DNA of 63,952 nt, the filler included, from Squatina squatina (lineage: Eukaryota), in the NCBI GenBank assembly GCA_031763465.1. It is 4 parts of 3 records of this genome, joined end to end, with 100 filler letters (N's around TTAATTAATTAA, not from the genome) between each part and the next. Parts side by side here need not be neighbours in the genome. Positions count along the whole stretch, not along the records: positions 19,670 to 38,568 come from JARFOE010000192.1; 3 more parts are not named here. The stretch is one strand, 5' to 3'. Of the stretch, positions 25,391 to 38,668 are shown piece by piece. The position numbers were made by a program, and so were the translations under genes. Below the pieces are notes generated by a model. That model saw nothing but the letters and a program-made list of their open reading frames with translations. It was not told the DNA's origin and searched no databases. How positions within the stretch are numbered: position 1 is the first letter of the stretch; each line of letters starts with the position of its first letter.

Positions 25391-26662
25391 CTGTGAGATA
25401 AGATTGGACAAAACAACTCGCATTAGACAATGTGCACACATGTCACAATTAAGACAGAGTGAACGGGTGAAGTAGAAGGAAAGTGTAATAACTGTTTTCT
25501 TACTAATCGTACTTACTCCTCTCTGCTTTGAAGCATGCACCCTGTGAACAGGTTAACTGATGGCATGAGGTCCATTATCTTCTAATCTGATTGCATGTTT
25601 AACTGCAAGTCAGTACATTAGGGTCCCAGTTTATCTGACTGTTCAAAGATAATTTCAGGGCCCTGGAACCACACCTTCGATGGTGAATACACTGCCCTAT
25701 GTGCTGCAAAGCGATACAAACTAGGAAGGTCCCGAGTGATGGGTCGCTAGCCGGTGCTCAATTAGCTGATCTCACCTGGAGTGGCAGCAAGAGTAATAAT
25801 ATTAGCCTCAGCTCCCCTGGGCAATAGGTGGGAGAAAAAAAACAATCAAAGCAAGGCTCTCCTCGGGTGTGACCCGGTGCCTCCTGTTGGACAGTGGGTA
25901 GGGGTCAGGTGAGGTCAGGTTTAGGCTCAGTTGTGGTGCCCCCCACAGTTGACTAGCCTTCGGACGTTCACTATCTAAGCTCAAGCATGCAGAACATCCA
26001 ATTGGATGAGGGTTGTTGGCGCTTATGGTATCTAATGGGTTAGGGCAGGAAAGTGGAGTTGAGGTAGAAGATCAGCCATGATCTTACTGAAGGCTCAAAG
26101 GGCCATATGGCCTACTCCTGTTCCTATTTCTTATGTTCTTAATACTGGCATTAAAGGAGGAGAGAAATTTGGAGAGACAAAAAAACACCTAAACACAGTG
26201 GGGCCGAAATTGGCCCGTGCCCCATTCGGGGGCCCAGAAGTGCCACCCCCGGTGTGGAATTCGGCTTACACCCCCCGGAAATTAAGTGCAGCGCTGTTTC
26301 AGGCACTCCGCTTCATTTGGGGGCGGTGTCGGAGTGCTGCCAGGCACTGCGTCAAGCGCTGTACAGAGCTCCGTGACGTCTTACAACACCCCTCCCATTG
26401 AGTTAAAGGGCAGGGCCGCTGCGCACTCTGCACCGCCCGCCAATGGCTGCCACTGGACCACCAGGGGACGCGATCGACCGGGCCAACAGCCCGGCACGCA
26501 AGTCGGCGCGGCAGGCTGCAGGATGGCGGCCCGGTCGACGCGAGGGCCGCCATCGTTCGGCCNNNNNNNNNNNNNNNNNNNNNNNNNNNNNNNNNNNNNN
26601 NNNNNNNNNNNNNNNNNNNNNNNNNNNNNNNNNNNNNNNNNNNNNNNNNNNNNNNNNNNNNN

Positions 26663-26740
26663 ACATTAACTCTGTTTCTCGCTCCGCAGATGCTGCCTGA
26701 CCTGCTGAGTATTCCCAGCAGCTTCTGTTTTTATTACATT
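26663..26740 (+). mobile_element. Penelope-like element terminal repeat fragment
   Basis: ACATTAACTCTGTTTCTC..CAGATGCTGCCTGACCTGCTGAG is the reverse complement of the 52036-52138 repeat. Confidence 0.6.
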
Positions 26741-27250
26741 TTAAACATCTATGCATTGTTCTAGGAAGGAAAGACTGAGGGAGGTAAGAGATCCCACAGT
26801 CTTGAGAAAGAATAAATTAAGAGTAGAACACTGTGCAATGTGCTTTGATTCCAATACAGGGAGGATACAAAGGAGAAGGGGAGGAAGTGAGGTAGAGCAC
26901 TGTGTCTGCAACATAGAAGCAACAAGGGAGGAACATTCAGAGGAGCAATGGCCATAATAGTATTGATTAGTAGGCAGATAGGCAAACAATGGCTGTAGTG
27001 GAGAAAGGGACGGGAGTGGTTGCCCATCAGATTTGAATCCTGCCTGGGATTGTGAGATAGATTTAGGTAAGGATATCAAGGGATATGGATCAAAAATGGG
27101 AAAATGGAAATTAGGTATAGATCAGCCATGATCTAATTGTACGGTGGAACAGGCTCAAGGGGCTGAATGGCCTACTCCTGTTCCTAATGTTCCTAGAGAT
27201 GTTAGAAGAACCTTCCCTGATATTGAGCAGTATTGTGATCTCAGGCTTAC

Positions 27251-27487
27251 CTTCGTTATCAATGAATACCTCATAGGTTTCATTCCAAGGCCAAGTGTAA
27301 TTCCGTGTTTCATTCAGTGTGGTTCCGTTGAATATTCGCCAATCTCGCACACATTTCTGACGCAAGTTCCCCATGAAAAGTTGAAGACCAATAAGTGCAA
27401 AGACACTTAAGCAGAACACAGTCAGGATCATGACATCGGCTAGCTTCCTCACGGACTGTATCAACGCACCCACGATGGTTTTTAAGC
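27251..27487 (-). CDS. SCN5A: Nav alpha subunit domain I S4-S5 linker/S5/turret exon (237 nt)
   Basis: AG/GT bounded; [50 protein letters not shown]...IDNE. Confidence 0.9.
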
Positions 27488-29208
27488 CTGCAAGGAAATA
27501 TTAGAACATTTAGCTCAGCAGAGACAGAATGTAGTGATTGCCATGTTATCAGGACATTAGCTAAAGGTGGAATGATTAATGATGCAGTATTCCTGTTCTC
27601 TATTGTTTGATTAACCAAATTTTGGACTTTCAGAAAGGCATGACTGCAAACTCCCATTTAGGGGGGCACAATTCAGCCCGGGCGGTAGCGGGAGGGATCC
27701 GGCATTTTTCCCGCCGACTCCCAAAAACAATCGCCCGCCGCGGAATTCGGTGTGCCGCGGTGCAGCAATGTCCGCCTCGCTCACGGGGGCGGAACTGCGG
27801 CGGCCAGCCAGAAACGTCGCTGGCGTGGCGCTGGCGTCATGTGTGGCGCTCGGCCTCCCTTAAAGGGGAGGGCTGCCGAAGGCCCCCCCCACCCTGCCGC
27901 GGTGGCCCGGAAACATACTGATCGAGAAATTTCTCCTGAACGCACCTCATAAATTTTTCCCCCTCCCTCTCTGCCCTTCACACTATCACTGTCCCAGTCT
28001 ATACTAGGGTAATTGNNNNNNNNNNNNNNNNNNNNNNNNNNNNNNNNNNNNNNNNNNNNNNNNNNNNNNNNNNNNNNNNNNNNNNNNNNNNNNNNNNNNN
28101 NNNNNNNNNNNNNNNCACACATATATATCCCCGTGGCAGCAGAGTTGGAGCAATTCTGTTTAAATTGCAAGCATCAGTCTCATGTGAGAACTGTGCATTG
28201 CGCTACAATCCAAAGATTACCCTTTACTCATCATGGGATCCATTTTATTCTGTATAATAAATGAGAGACCTCACATGATCATTAGCAGGCACCTTCCTGA
28301 AGGGCAGAAGAGAGCTAGGCTCCCCCCGTCTCTTTAAAACTGAAACAGAATCGTCTGCATCGGATGAAAATTTGAGCCCAGCCTCCATTTCACGAGTGGG
28401 CCTGCTTCTGGGCATTCCCCGCCATTTTCTATTTTCTCAAGATTAAATATCTAGCAGGTTCTGAGGGCCTCGAGTTGAGAGGTATGTTCTGGAATCTTTC
28501 CAGGATGGGAAATGACTCCCAGGGTTCATTTCATGCTAAGTATCAATGAACCCCTTCTTTTCAGAGAAAAATCATTTATAAAAGTCCTTTAGTGGTGAGC
28601 AGTTACAGATTGTTCAGGCCTCTTCATTAAAGGAAGAAAGGAAAATTGGCTGTTTGCAATTGGTCAGCTTTTAGTATTGGACCCAAAGGCCTTTTTAATA
28701 ATACAATCATTACCCTTTGACTTTATCAATGTGGAAGTTGTACAATTGCTCGCCCTGTTGCTATAATCAAGCAGCAATTATAACGGATGATAACCATGTA
28801 ATGTTGAATTACCGAGTTTGTGTCCCGTCCATAGTTAATTAAATCAAAGGCCTTCCGTGATCAATTCCTTTAATGAAAATTCAGGAAGAGAGCAAACCAT
28901 TTTTTTTTGTAATGATGTAAAACTTTTCTTGCATCATGATTTCGGTTGGGTGCAGCATGAGCGTATGTAGGTAGCAAATTATGAACTGGGTATACTTAAA
29001 ATATTAACTTACTTGCCAACTGGGACTCACAAGGCAAGATACACCTGGCAAAGCATTTCATCAGGACAGATAAGGGCACAGTTCAAAGGTCAACATTATT
29101 TAAGGAATTTGGGCAGTTGCAAGAGAAAAAGAGCAGAGTTTTAAAAAGGTTTTTTTTTAAACAGAGAGCATTGCAATACACTCGAAAGGAGTGCGGTTTC
29201 ATACTCAC

Positions 29209-29298
29209 TCAACATGCTTTGTCCACGGGGCAGGGTCAGACATGGTCATGAACACACAGTTGGTCAAAATAGTGCACATGATAAACACATTGAACAAT
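29209..29298 (-). CDS. SCN5A: Nav alpha subunit domain I S1 exon (90 nt), preceded by a U12 AT-AC intron
   Basis: [30 protein letters not shown]; AC acceptor at 29300-29299 and GTGAG donor. Confidence 0.9.
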
Positions 29299-29317
29299 GT
29301 AAAATAAGAGTTAAGGA
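29299..29317 (-). promoter_or_regulatory. U12-type (minor spliceosome) branch point TCCTTAAC and AC 3' splice site
   Basis: Minus strand reads TCCTTAAC-TCTTATTTT-AC immediately before the exon, matching the known AT-AC intron of Nav genes. Confidence 0.85.
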
Positions 29318-29836
29318 GACATCTTACAACACTTGCCAACACAAGAGTTTTAAAGTAAGAAAATAGAGAGATTTATTTATCACAATTTTTCGCTCACCGA
29401 GTTAATTGGGTAGTCCCCTGGTATAATCGCAACTGGCAAGCTTCAGGGTTTAGGAGTTTTATCGATGAAGCTGCTGGCTTTCCCATCGTGTGCGCACTCA
29501 TCCAAGCGGGACTGGGGACACCGATGGGCCCCTGTGTCGCCAAGAAGCACTCCCAAATTGAAAAGAATTCCTGGCGCTGAGCAATGGCCTTGAACAGGCC
29601 ACGTCCGTGTATGCCCGAGCGACCCCACTCCATGTGATGATTCGTAGAATCACTAGAATCTTAAAGCACTGAAGGAGGCCATTCGGCCCATCGTGCCTGT
29701 GCCGGCTCTTTGAAAGAGCTGTCCAATTGGTCCAACNNNNNNNNNNNNNNNNNNNNNNNNNNNNNNNNNNNNNNNNNNNNNNNNNNNNNNNNNNNNNNNN
29801 NNNNNNNNNNNNNNNNNNNNNNNNNNNNNNNNNNNN

Positions 29837-31749
29837 CAACAGATGAGACCAAAGAGGAATCCTACTCCACCCTCGAGCAATCCCTAACCCACGTCCCAAA
29901 GGGAGACAAACTAATCCTCCTCAGCGATTTCAATGCCAGAGTCGGGAAGGATGCAAACCTCTGGAAGGGAGGCAGTTGGCAAAGCAAACCCCAACGGTGT
30001 CCTCCTCCTGACGAAGTGCTTGGAACATGGCCTTGTGATAACCAACACCCTATTCCACCAGAGAGACAAGTACAAGACCTCACGGCAACACCCTCGCTAC
30101 AGGCACTGGCACCTTCTAGACGACGTCATTGTTCAAGCGAGGGACCGCAAGGATGTCCGCATCACCCGCACCATGACAGGGGCTGACCACCGCCTAATCC
30201 GCTCCATCATTTCCAACAAACTGGCCCCAAAAAAAACGACAGAACAAATGCCGCAGGAAGATCAAAGGACTCAAAGAACCTGCGAAGAAATCCCTACTTA
30301 GCCAACGCCTCGCAACAAACCTGGCCACGCTCAATGAATCGGAGCCACAGAGTGTCCACAGTGCGTGGTCCGCCCTCAAGTCTACGATCACCAGCACCTG
30401 TGAGGAGACTNNNNNNNNNNTTGGTCTCTCCAACAAGGAACATCAAGACTGGTTTGACGAGAACGACCATGAGATTTCAGGAGCTGCTGAACTGCAAACG
30501 CCGGGCATTCCTGAACTGAAAGCACCACCAAAGCTCGAGGGAAAGAAAACCGGTCCACAGACAAACGAAGGCCGAGGTCCAACATAAAACTCGGGACCTA
30601 AAGAATAGATGGTGGGTGGAAAGAGTGCTGGAGATCCAGCAACTCGCCAACAACGACATGCGTGGATTCTTCAGCGCAGTCAAGACCATCTACGGCCCAA
30701 ACACCCAAGGACCGACCCCGCTGAGAGCTAAGAACGGAGAGATGTGCTCATCAAGGACAGAGAGGCAGTCAGCGCCCGCTGGAAGGAACANNNNNNNNNN
30801 NNNNNNNNNNNNNNNNNNNNNNNNNNNNNNNNNNNNNNNNNNNNNNNNNNNNNNNNNNNNNNNNNNNNNNNNNNNNNNNNNNNNNNNNNNGGACCTAAAG
30901 AATAGATGGTAGGTCGAAAGAGCACAGGAAATCCAGCAACTCGCCGACAACCACGACTTGTATGGATTCTTCAGCACAGTCAAGACCATCTACGGCCCAA
31001 GGACGTACCCCACTGAGAGCTAAGAACAGAGACGTGCTCATCAAGGGCAGAGAGACAATCAGCACCAGCTGGAAGGAGCACTTCAAGGAGCTCCTCAACC
31101 AAGACTCGGTCCTCGACGTCCAAGCCCTCGATTCCATCCTACAACATCCTACCTGCCACTATCTCAGCACAACCCCTGCCCTACATGAGGTTGAAAAGGC
31201 CATCCTGCAGCTGAATAACAAGGCCATCGGCGCAGATGTAATCCCTGCCAAAATACTAAAATACAGCAGAGAGACACTCGTGACTCGGGTCCATGACCTC
31301 ATCTACCTCATTTGGGAGGAGGAGAGCATTCCAGGGGATCTCAGAGATGCCATAATCGTGACCATCTTCAAGAAAGGAGACAAGTCCGATTGTGGAAACT
31401 ACAGAGGGGGCTCCCTGCTGTCCGCCACAGGAAAGGTCATCGCAAGAATTCTCCTCAACCGTCTGCTTCCAGTGGCTGAAGAGCTCCTCCCAGAGTCACA
31501 ATACGGTTTCTGCCCATCAAGAGGCACAACGGACATGATTTTCAGCACATGGCAAATCCAAGAAAAGTGCAGAGAGCAGCATCAACCTCTGTACATGGCT
31601 TTCTTTGACCTTACAAAGGCCTTTGACTCTGTCAACTGGAAGGGATTATGGAGTGTTCTCCTCAAGTTTGGCTGCCCACAAAAATTTGTCACCATCCTCC
31701 GCCTGCTCCACACTGACATGCAAGCAGTGATTCTCACCAATGGCTCAAT
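29837..31749 (+). mobile_element. RTE (BovB-like) LINE: endonuclease, linker and N-terminal RT, mosaic over gaps
   Basis: APE motifs (LILLSDFNARVG, ADHRLIRS) and RT motifs (CGNYRGGSLLS, ESQYGF, AFFDLTKAFDSV) in ORF 30962-31749. Confidence 0.85.
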
Positions 31750-31849
31750 NNNNNNNNNNNNNNNNNNNNNNNNNNNNNNNNNNNNNNNNNNNNNNNNNNN
31801 NNNNNNNNNNNNNNNNNNNNNNNNNNNNNNNNNNNNNNNNNNNNNNNNN

Positions 31850-32510
31850 CCATGGCCTCGCCCCTCCCGACCTCTGTAGCCTCCTCCAGCACTACAACCC
31901 TCCGCGATATCTGTGCTCCTCCAATTCTACTCTCTTGCACATCCCTGATTTGAATCGCTCCACCATTCGTGGCTGTGCCTTCAGCTGCTGAGGTCCTAAG
32001 CTCTGGAAATCCCTCCCTAAACCTCTACACTTCGCTACCTCTCTTTTCTCCTTTAAGACGCTCCTTAAAACCTAGCTCTCATCTGCCCCAATATCTCGTT
32101 ATGTGGCTCGGTGTCAAATTTTGTTTGGTAATGGTCCTGTGAAGTGCCCTGGGGCATTTTACTCTGTTAAAGGCGCTCTATAAATAGGGTGACCAGATCT
32201 GAAGATTCAGAAACCAGGACAATTAGTCTGTGCATGCGCAATCAGGTCTCATCGAGACTGCGCAGCTTTCGTCAAGACGCCGCATGCGCAGTCACGGCTC
32301 CGTAGAAGCTGCGCATGTGCTGTCAGTGCTCTGCCGAGACTGCGCGTGCGCAGCTGGAGCTCCACCTCTCACTCCTAGAAACTGGGACATTTGAGCAATT
32401 TTAAGGTAAGCGTCGGGACACCGGGATGGTTCCTGAAAAACCGGGACTGTCCTGGTAAAACCGGGACGTCTGGTCACCCTATATATAAACACAAATTGTT
32501 GTTGTTGTCT
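31850..32510 (+). mobile_element. L2 LINE 3' end interrupted by a hAT MITE
   Basis: HGLAPPDLCSLL...RGCAFS; the tail AAAGGCGCTCTATAAA...ACAAATTGTTGTTG is split at 32185-32481. Confidence 0.7.
32185..32481. mobile_element. hAT (Tip100-like) MITE
   Basis: 13-bp perfect TIR TAGGGTGACCAGA...TCTGGTCACCCTA; 8-bp TSD TCTATAAA/TATATAAA (7/8). Confidence 0.8.
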
Positions 32511-33051
32511 CATTCTACCTAATGTGAAACTGAACCATACAGAGCAGAAAACACTCAGTTTCAATTCCCAGTCTGAATAACTCTCCATAGTTTCTCTTTT
32601 GATCTGTAGCATTCAAGCCTATTTGACAGACTCAACAAATAACTGGTTGTAGCTTTCCAAGAGACCAATTTTCACAATCTTTTCCCAAGAGGTTGAATTT
32701 CTGGATCAGGTAGCCACAAGAAGTTTGCATCCCATTGCCAAGAAAGCGTTTTCCTCAGGAGAATCAACAAAGATTGTTTGAGGGACAATTAGCATTTGGG
32801 TCACATATGCTTGAAGGCCCAGGTAAGCAATCCAGACTCCAGAAAAGGAATTGAAGGCAAGCTTATGGGCAAATGTTTTGTTTATTTATTGATACATGGG
32901 ATGAACGACTTTATTGTTACTGTTTGGGATCCTTAACCATTTGTTCCACAGAAAGGGTTTGACAAAAACGTTACTTTAAATGTGATGACATATCTAGTAT
33001 ATCCCTGCAAGTAAAAGAAAGGGAGGTCAGAGACAGTAGGTAATTCTTGGC

Positions 33052-34119
33052 ACGAATCCTTGACCTCATCTCCCTCATCTGGGAGGAGGAGAGCATGCCA
33101 GGGGATCTCAGAGATGCCGTAATCATGGCCATCTTCAAGAAAGGAGACAAGTCCGATTGCGGAAACCACAGGGAAGGTCATCGCAAGAATCCTCCTCAAC
33201 CGTCTTCTCTCAGTGGCTGAAGAGCTCCTCCCAGAGTCACAATGCGGATTCCACCCACCAAGAGGCACAATGGACATGATTTTCAGCGCACGGCAAGTCC
33301 AAGAAAAATGCAGAGAGCAGCATCAACCTCTGTACATGGCCTTCTTTGACCTGGCAAAGGCTTTCGACTCTGTCAACCGGGAGGGATCCTCAAATTTGAC
33401 TGCCTGCAAAAATTCGGCACCATCCTCCGCCTGCTCCACGATGACATGCTAGCCGTGACCCTCACCAACGGTTCCATCACAGACGCAATACAAGTGCAAA
33501 CTGGGGTTAAGCAAGGCTGTGTCATCGCACCGACGCTCTTTTCCATCTTCTTTGTCGCTACACTCCACCCCATCTCCATGAAGCTCCCCGCTGCAGTGGA
33601 GTTAATCTACAGGATGAAGGAAACTATTCAACCTCTGCCGCCTCCAGTCCAGAATCAAGACCATCTCGACTTCTATCATTGGGCTGCAGTATGCTTGCGT
33701 GTGTGCACACTCGGAGACTGAGCTCCAAACCATCGTCTATTCATTCACTGAGGCGTACAAGAGAATGGACCTTACGCTAAACATCAGTAAGACAAAGCTC
33801 CTACACCAGCCTGCTCCCCCNNNNNNNNNNACTGGCAGGATAGGCATACCAATGTCAGCGTCCTCTCTCAAGCCAACATCCCCAGCATCGAGGAACTGGT
33901 CACACTCAATCAGCTGCGTGGGCGGGCCACACATCGTCCACATGCCTGATACAAGACTTCCGAAACAAGCATTCTATTCCGAGCTTCTTTATGGCAAGTG
34001 ATTACCAGGAGGGCAGAGGAAGCGCTTCAAGGACATCCTCAAAGCCCCCCTGAAAAAATGTAACATACCCACTGACTCATGGGAATCTATGGCCCAAGAC
34101 CGCCCGAACTGGAGGAGAA
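33052..34119 (+). mobile_element. RTE LINE fragment (RT to C-terminus), degraded
   Basis: AEELLPESQCGF..FFDLAKAFDSV, TGVKQGCVIAPTLF, RLPKQAFYSEL. Confidence 0.85.
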
Positions 34120-34679
34120 GNNNNNNNNNNNNNNNNNNNNNNNNNNNNNNNNNNNNNNNNNNNNNNNNNNNNNNNNNNNNNNNNNNNNNNNNNNNNNNNN
34201 NNNNNNNNNNNNNNNNNNNNATATCTGAGCAGTCCATTCTGCATCGCTGGGCTTAAAGGGTTGGACAAATTCTTCAGCACATTAGAGAGGAACCACACCA
34301 TTCGGGACCCAATCTAAGCATTCTTCATGTTCTTATTTACTCTTTTCGGCTGATTGAATTCCCTTTCATGTTTCAGCTGAGCCAGTATTCGCCGTATTAT
34401 GTAGCTATTTATTCCACACGTTGACGATGATTACTCTGTGAACAAGGTTTTTAGGATGGTGTTTTAAGTTGTAAACCTGCACATCCCCTCAAAGCCTCTC
34501 TACCTAAAAATGATTCCATTCAAAATAAATAGAATCATAGAATGATACGGCACAGAAGGAGGTCATTCGGCCCATGGTGCCTGTGCTGGCTCTTTGGTAC
34601 AGCTATCCAATGAATCCCACTCCCCTGCTCTATCCCTATAGACCTGTAAATGTTTTCCCTTCAAGTATTTATAGTTGGC

Positions 34680-35153
34680 AATGTACAGCAGACACCTCAA
34701 AGCTGGAGAAGTATCACCAACGTTGCCTCCGCAAAATCCTGCAAATCTACGGGCAGGATAGGCGTACCAATGTCAGGCCAACATCCCCAGCATCGAGGCA
34801 CTGGTTACACTCAACCAACTGCGATGGGTGGGTCACATTGTCTGCATGCCTGATGTCAAGACTCCCAAAACAAGCACTATATTCCGAGCTCCATCATGGC
34901 AAATGCCTTCGAGGAGGGCAGAGGAAACGCTTCAAGGACGCCCTCAAAGCCTCACTGAAAAAATACAACATTCCCACCGACTCATGGGGATGCCAAATGC
35001 AGACAGTGGAAGGAGCGTGCAGAAACACGAGCATCCCACCCACTCGCCCCATCAAATACTACCTGTGGTCGAGTTTGCGGGTCCTGTATCAGTTTTCAGC
35101 CACCTCAGAACCCACAACTCCAGAGTGGAAGCAAGTCATCCTCGACCCTGAGG
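34680..35153 (+). mobile_element. RTE LINE 3' fragment
   Basis: KLEKYHQRCLRKILQI...RLPKQALYSEL..GGQRKRFKDALK, with a remnant C2H2-like SHLRTH end. Confidence 0.8.
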
Positions 35154-36723
35154 NNNNNNNNNNNNNNNNNNNNNNNNNNNNNNNNNNNNNNNNNNNNNNN
35201 NNNNNNNNNNNNNNNNNNNNNNNNNNNNNNNNNNNNNNNNNNNNNNNNNNNNNCTATTTGCCTTAACTACTGTACCATTCTCTGGGTAAAGAAGTTTCTC
35301 CTGATTTCCTTATTGGATTTATCTTATATTTATAACCCCTAGTTCTGGTCTCCCCCCAATCCCCGCCCAAGTGGAAACATCTTCTCGACATCTACCTTAT
35401 CAAACCTCTTCATAATTTTAAAGACCTCGATCCGGTCACCCTACAGCCTTCCCTTTTCTAGAGAAAAGAGCCCCAGTCTGTTAAGTCCTTCTCTTCTCTT
35501 CTCCCCTCCTCTCCGAGACGTGGCGACTCATACTGGGGTAGAAGTCAGTGATGCCCAAGGTGGCCCTTCCTCACAGTTCAAGACCTAGACAGTGAGTCAG
35601 CGGATTATGAGACCGTGCAAGAGGTTTCTCGACTGAGCACAACCGTGCCCTGACGAACACTCCTCCTGCAAGGCTGTCAGGAATAATCGCCACGACTGGC
35701 ATTTCCCTTCCGTTGCCCAATGACCCTGTTGTCCGCTGCGCGTGGCGCCCCCAGATGCGATCAATGAACTCCACAATAAAGGCCAGGCTTCAAACCAGGC
35801 ATCTTCCTAACCTGTGTGACTCGGTGGCAAATGGCATATTAACCCTTTGTTACTCGTACAATCCTAAAAGCATCATTTTCATTTTGAAGAAACACAATTG
35901 TTCTCTTTCTTTCTAGCAGCTGGCAGTGAGCTGAAAGAAATGATTCAATCTTAGAGACCTTTTGACATTCATAAATCACTCAAGCATTTGACGTCACCAG
36001 ACCCACTGAATTGAATTACAGGCCTGTAATTCACTGTCAGACATCTATTATTCCTGGTGTAATTATATAGTATACACAGCAAACGTGTCATTCAAACCGC
36101 AGCAATCTTTAATAATTACAGTTCTTTTTTAAAAAACTAACAGAGACAACCTTTATAAACCCTGGCTCGTTCTGGCTGGGACGTCCTTTCATTCCTCAAT
36201 TCAAAAACCTAAATCCATCATCTAAGCTTAAAGAAAAGAGGAGGGGAGAAGATGAGGTAAGTAAAGATGTAGCCATTAGATGATGGTTTTTAACGGACTG
36301 TAGGTTGCAGTAGCAAAGGCAGGCTGAGGGAGGAAAGCAGCATTCTTGTTTGGAGGTCCTTGGAAAGAATGATTTTGCGTAGTGCAGTGCTGGGTCCTAA
36401 TTTCAGCATGGAACAACGACGACATCTTGCAATTATATAGCGCCTTTAGCATAGNNNNNNNNNNNNNNNNNNNNNNNNNNNNNNNNNNNNNNNNNNNNNN
36501 NNNNNNNNNNNNNNNNNNNNNNNNNNNNNNNNNNNNNNNNNNNNNNNNNNNNNNACTTCACTAGGAATTTACAACCAAAACAACTAACATATAGAACGCG
36601 ACATTAATCAGTAACATTTCACCACTTGGTCTACGTTTGTACAGCTGGCATAAGAGAACTGATTTCAGCCATGTTAACTCAAGAGCTGGCATACGGATGC
36701 TGCTTTCCGGTGATCAGAACTAA

Positions 36724-36867
<144 letters not shown>

Positions 36868-37892
36868 TAATGGGGACAAAAGGAATGTTGCTGAGGAGGG
36901 AAATGTCATTTAGTGCAAGAGTGTGTTTTATTTGTGACAACGTTAACACTTTTATTCGAAGGAAAATGCCTTTTTCTCCTACAATGGCAAACACAGTTCT
37001 GTATTGGTCTTGATGTGAAGGCTTGGTTAAAGCAATTAATAAAGACCTCTTCCTCCTGCTCAATATTATGCACATGTTCTAGCACATCNNNNNNNNNNNN
37101 NNNNNNNNNNNNNNNNNNNNNNNNNNNNNNNNNNNNNNNNNNNNNNNNNNNNNNNNNNNNNNNNNNNNNNNNNNNNNNNNNNNNNNNNNNNNNNNNNNNN
37201 NNNNNNNNNNNNNNNNNNNNNNNNNNNNNNNNNNNNNNNNNNNNNNNNNNNNNNNNNNNNNNNNNNNNNNNNNNNNNNNNNNNNNNNNNNNNNNNNNNNN
37301 NNNNNNNNNNNNNNNNNNNNNNNNNNNNNNNNNNNNNNNNNNNNNNNNNNNNNNNNNNNNNNNNNNNNNNNNNNNNNNNNNNNNNNNNNNNNNNNNNNNN
37401 NNNNNNNNNNNNNNNNNNNNNNNNNNNNNNNNNNNNNNNNNNNNNNNNNNNNNNNNNNNNNNNNNNNNNNNNNNNNNNNNNNNNNNNNNNNNNNNNNNNN
37501 NNNNNNNNNNNNNNNNNNNNNNNNNNNNNNNNNNNNNNNNNNNNNNNNNNNNNNNNNNNNNNNNNNNNNNNNNNNNNNNNNNNNNNNNNNNNNNNNNNNN
37601 NNNNNNNNNNNNNNNNNNNNNNNNNNNNNNNNNNNNNNNNNNNNNNNNNNNNNNNNNNNNNNNNNNNNNNNNNNNNNNNNNNNNNNNNNNNNNNNNNNNN
37701 NNNNNNNNNNNNNNNNNNNNNNNNNNNNNNNNNNNNNNNNNNNNNNNNNNNNNNNNNNNNNNNNNNNNNNNNNNNNNNNNNNNNNNNNNNNNNNNNNNNN
37801 NNNNNNNNNNNNNNNNNNNNNNNNNNNNNTTAGAAAGGCGGGAGAAAATTGGGTAAAAACTATTGACAATTTTTTTCCTTTTTTTTGTGTAG

Positions 37893-38054
<162 letters not shown>

Positions 38055-38568
38055 TGAGCATGGTACAAGCCTTTATCACAATGGAGGTAAATGCTTGGGA
38101 GGTTTATAAAGGCATCATTATTTGTTTTTTGTTTTTTTTTATTTGTTCTTGAGAGATTGGTAATACTGCCAAAGGTGTATTTATTGTCTATCCATAATGG
38201 TCCTGAAAATATAATCGAATTGAGTGGCTTCCTAAGTCACTTCTGAAGGCACGTAGTGTGGAACTGGAGCCATATGTAGGCCAGACTGGATAGAGTTTGG
38301 CAGGCTACCTTGAACCACATTTGTGAACCAGATGTGTCTTTATGACAGTCTGGTGAATTTAATCAATTTTTTTCTGATGCTGGATCATAATGAAGTATGT
38401 GCATTGTCATCATAAGGATTCTAGTAAAACGTAATGGTGGGCTTGCAGAATTTTCATACTGTGTCCAGTTGAATTACAAAAAACAACCAGTTGACTTGGA
38501 TTTTGTTGTACTAAGTCGGAAACATAGAAAATAGGAGCAGGCGTAGGCCATTTGGCCCTTCGAGCCTG

Positions 38569-38668
38569 NNNNNNNNNNNNNNNNNNNNNNNNNNNNNNNN
38601 NNNNNNNNNNNNTTAATTAATTAANNNNNNNNNNNNNNNNNNNNNNNNNNNNNNNNNNNNNNNNNNNN
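38569..38668. other. artificial scaffold linker N44-TTAATTAATTAA-N44
   Basis: Same structure as the 19570 linker; 12-mer at 38613-38624. Confidence 0.95.

Noticed and set aside
27488-29208. Apparent loss of the Nav DI S2 exon and the alternative DI S3-S4 exons
   Set aside because: A 100-N gap at 28016-28115 lies where they are expected; absence is uninformative in this assembly.
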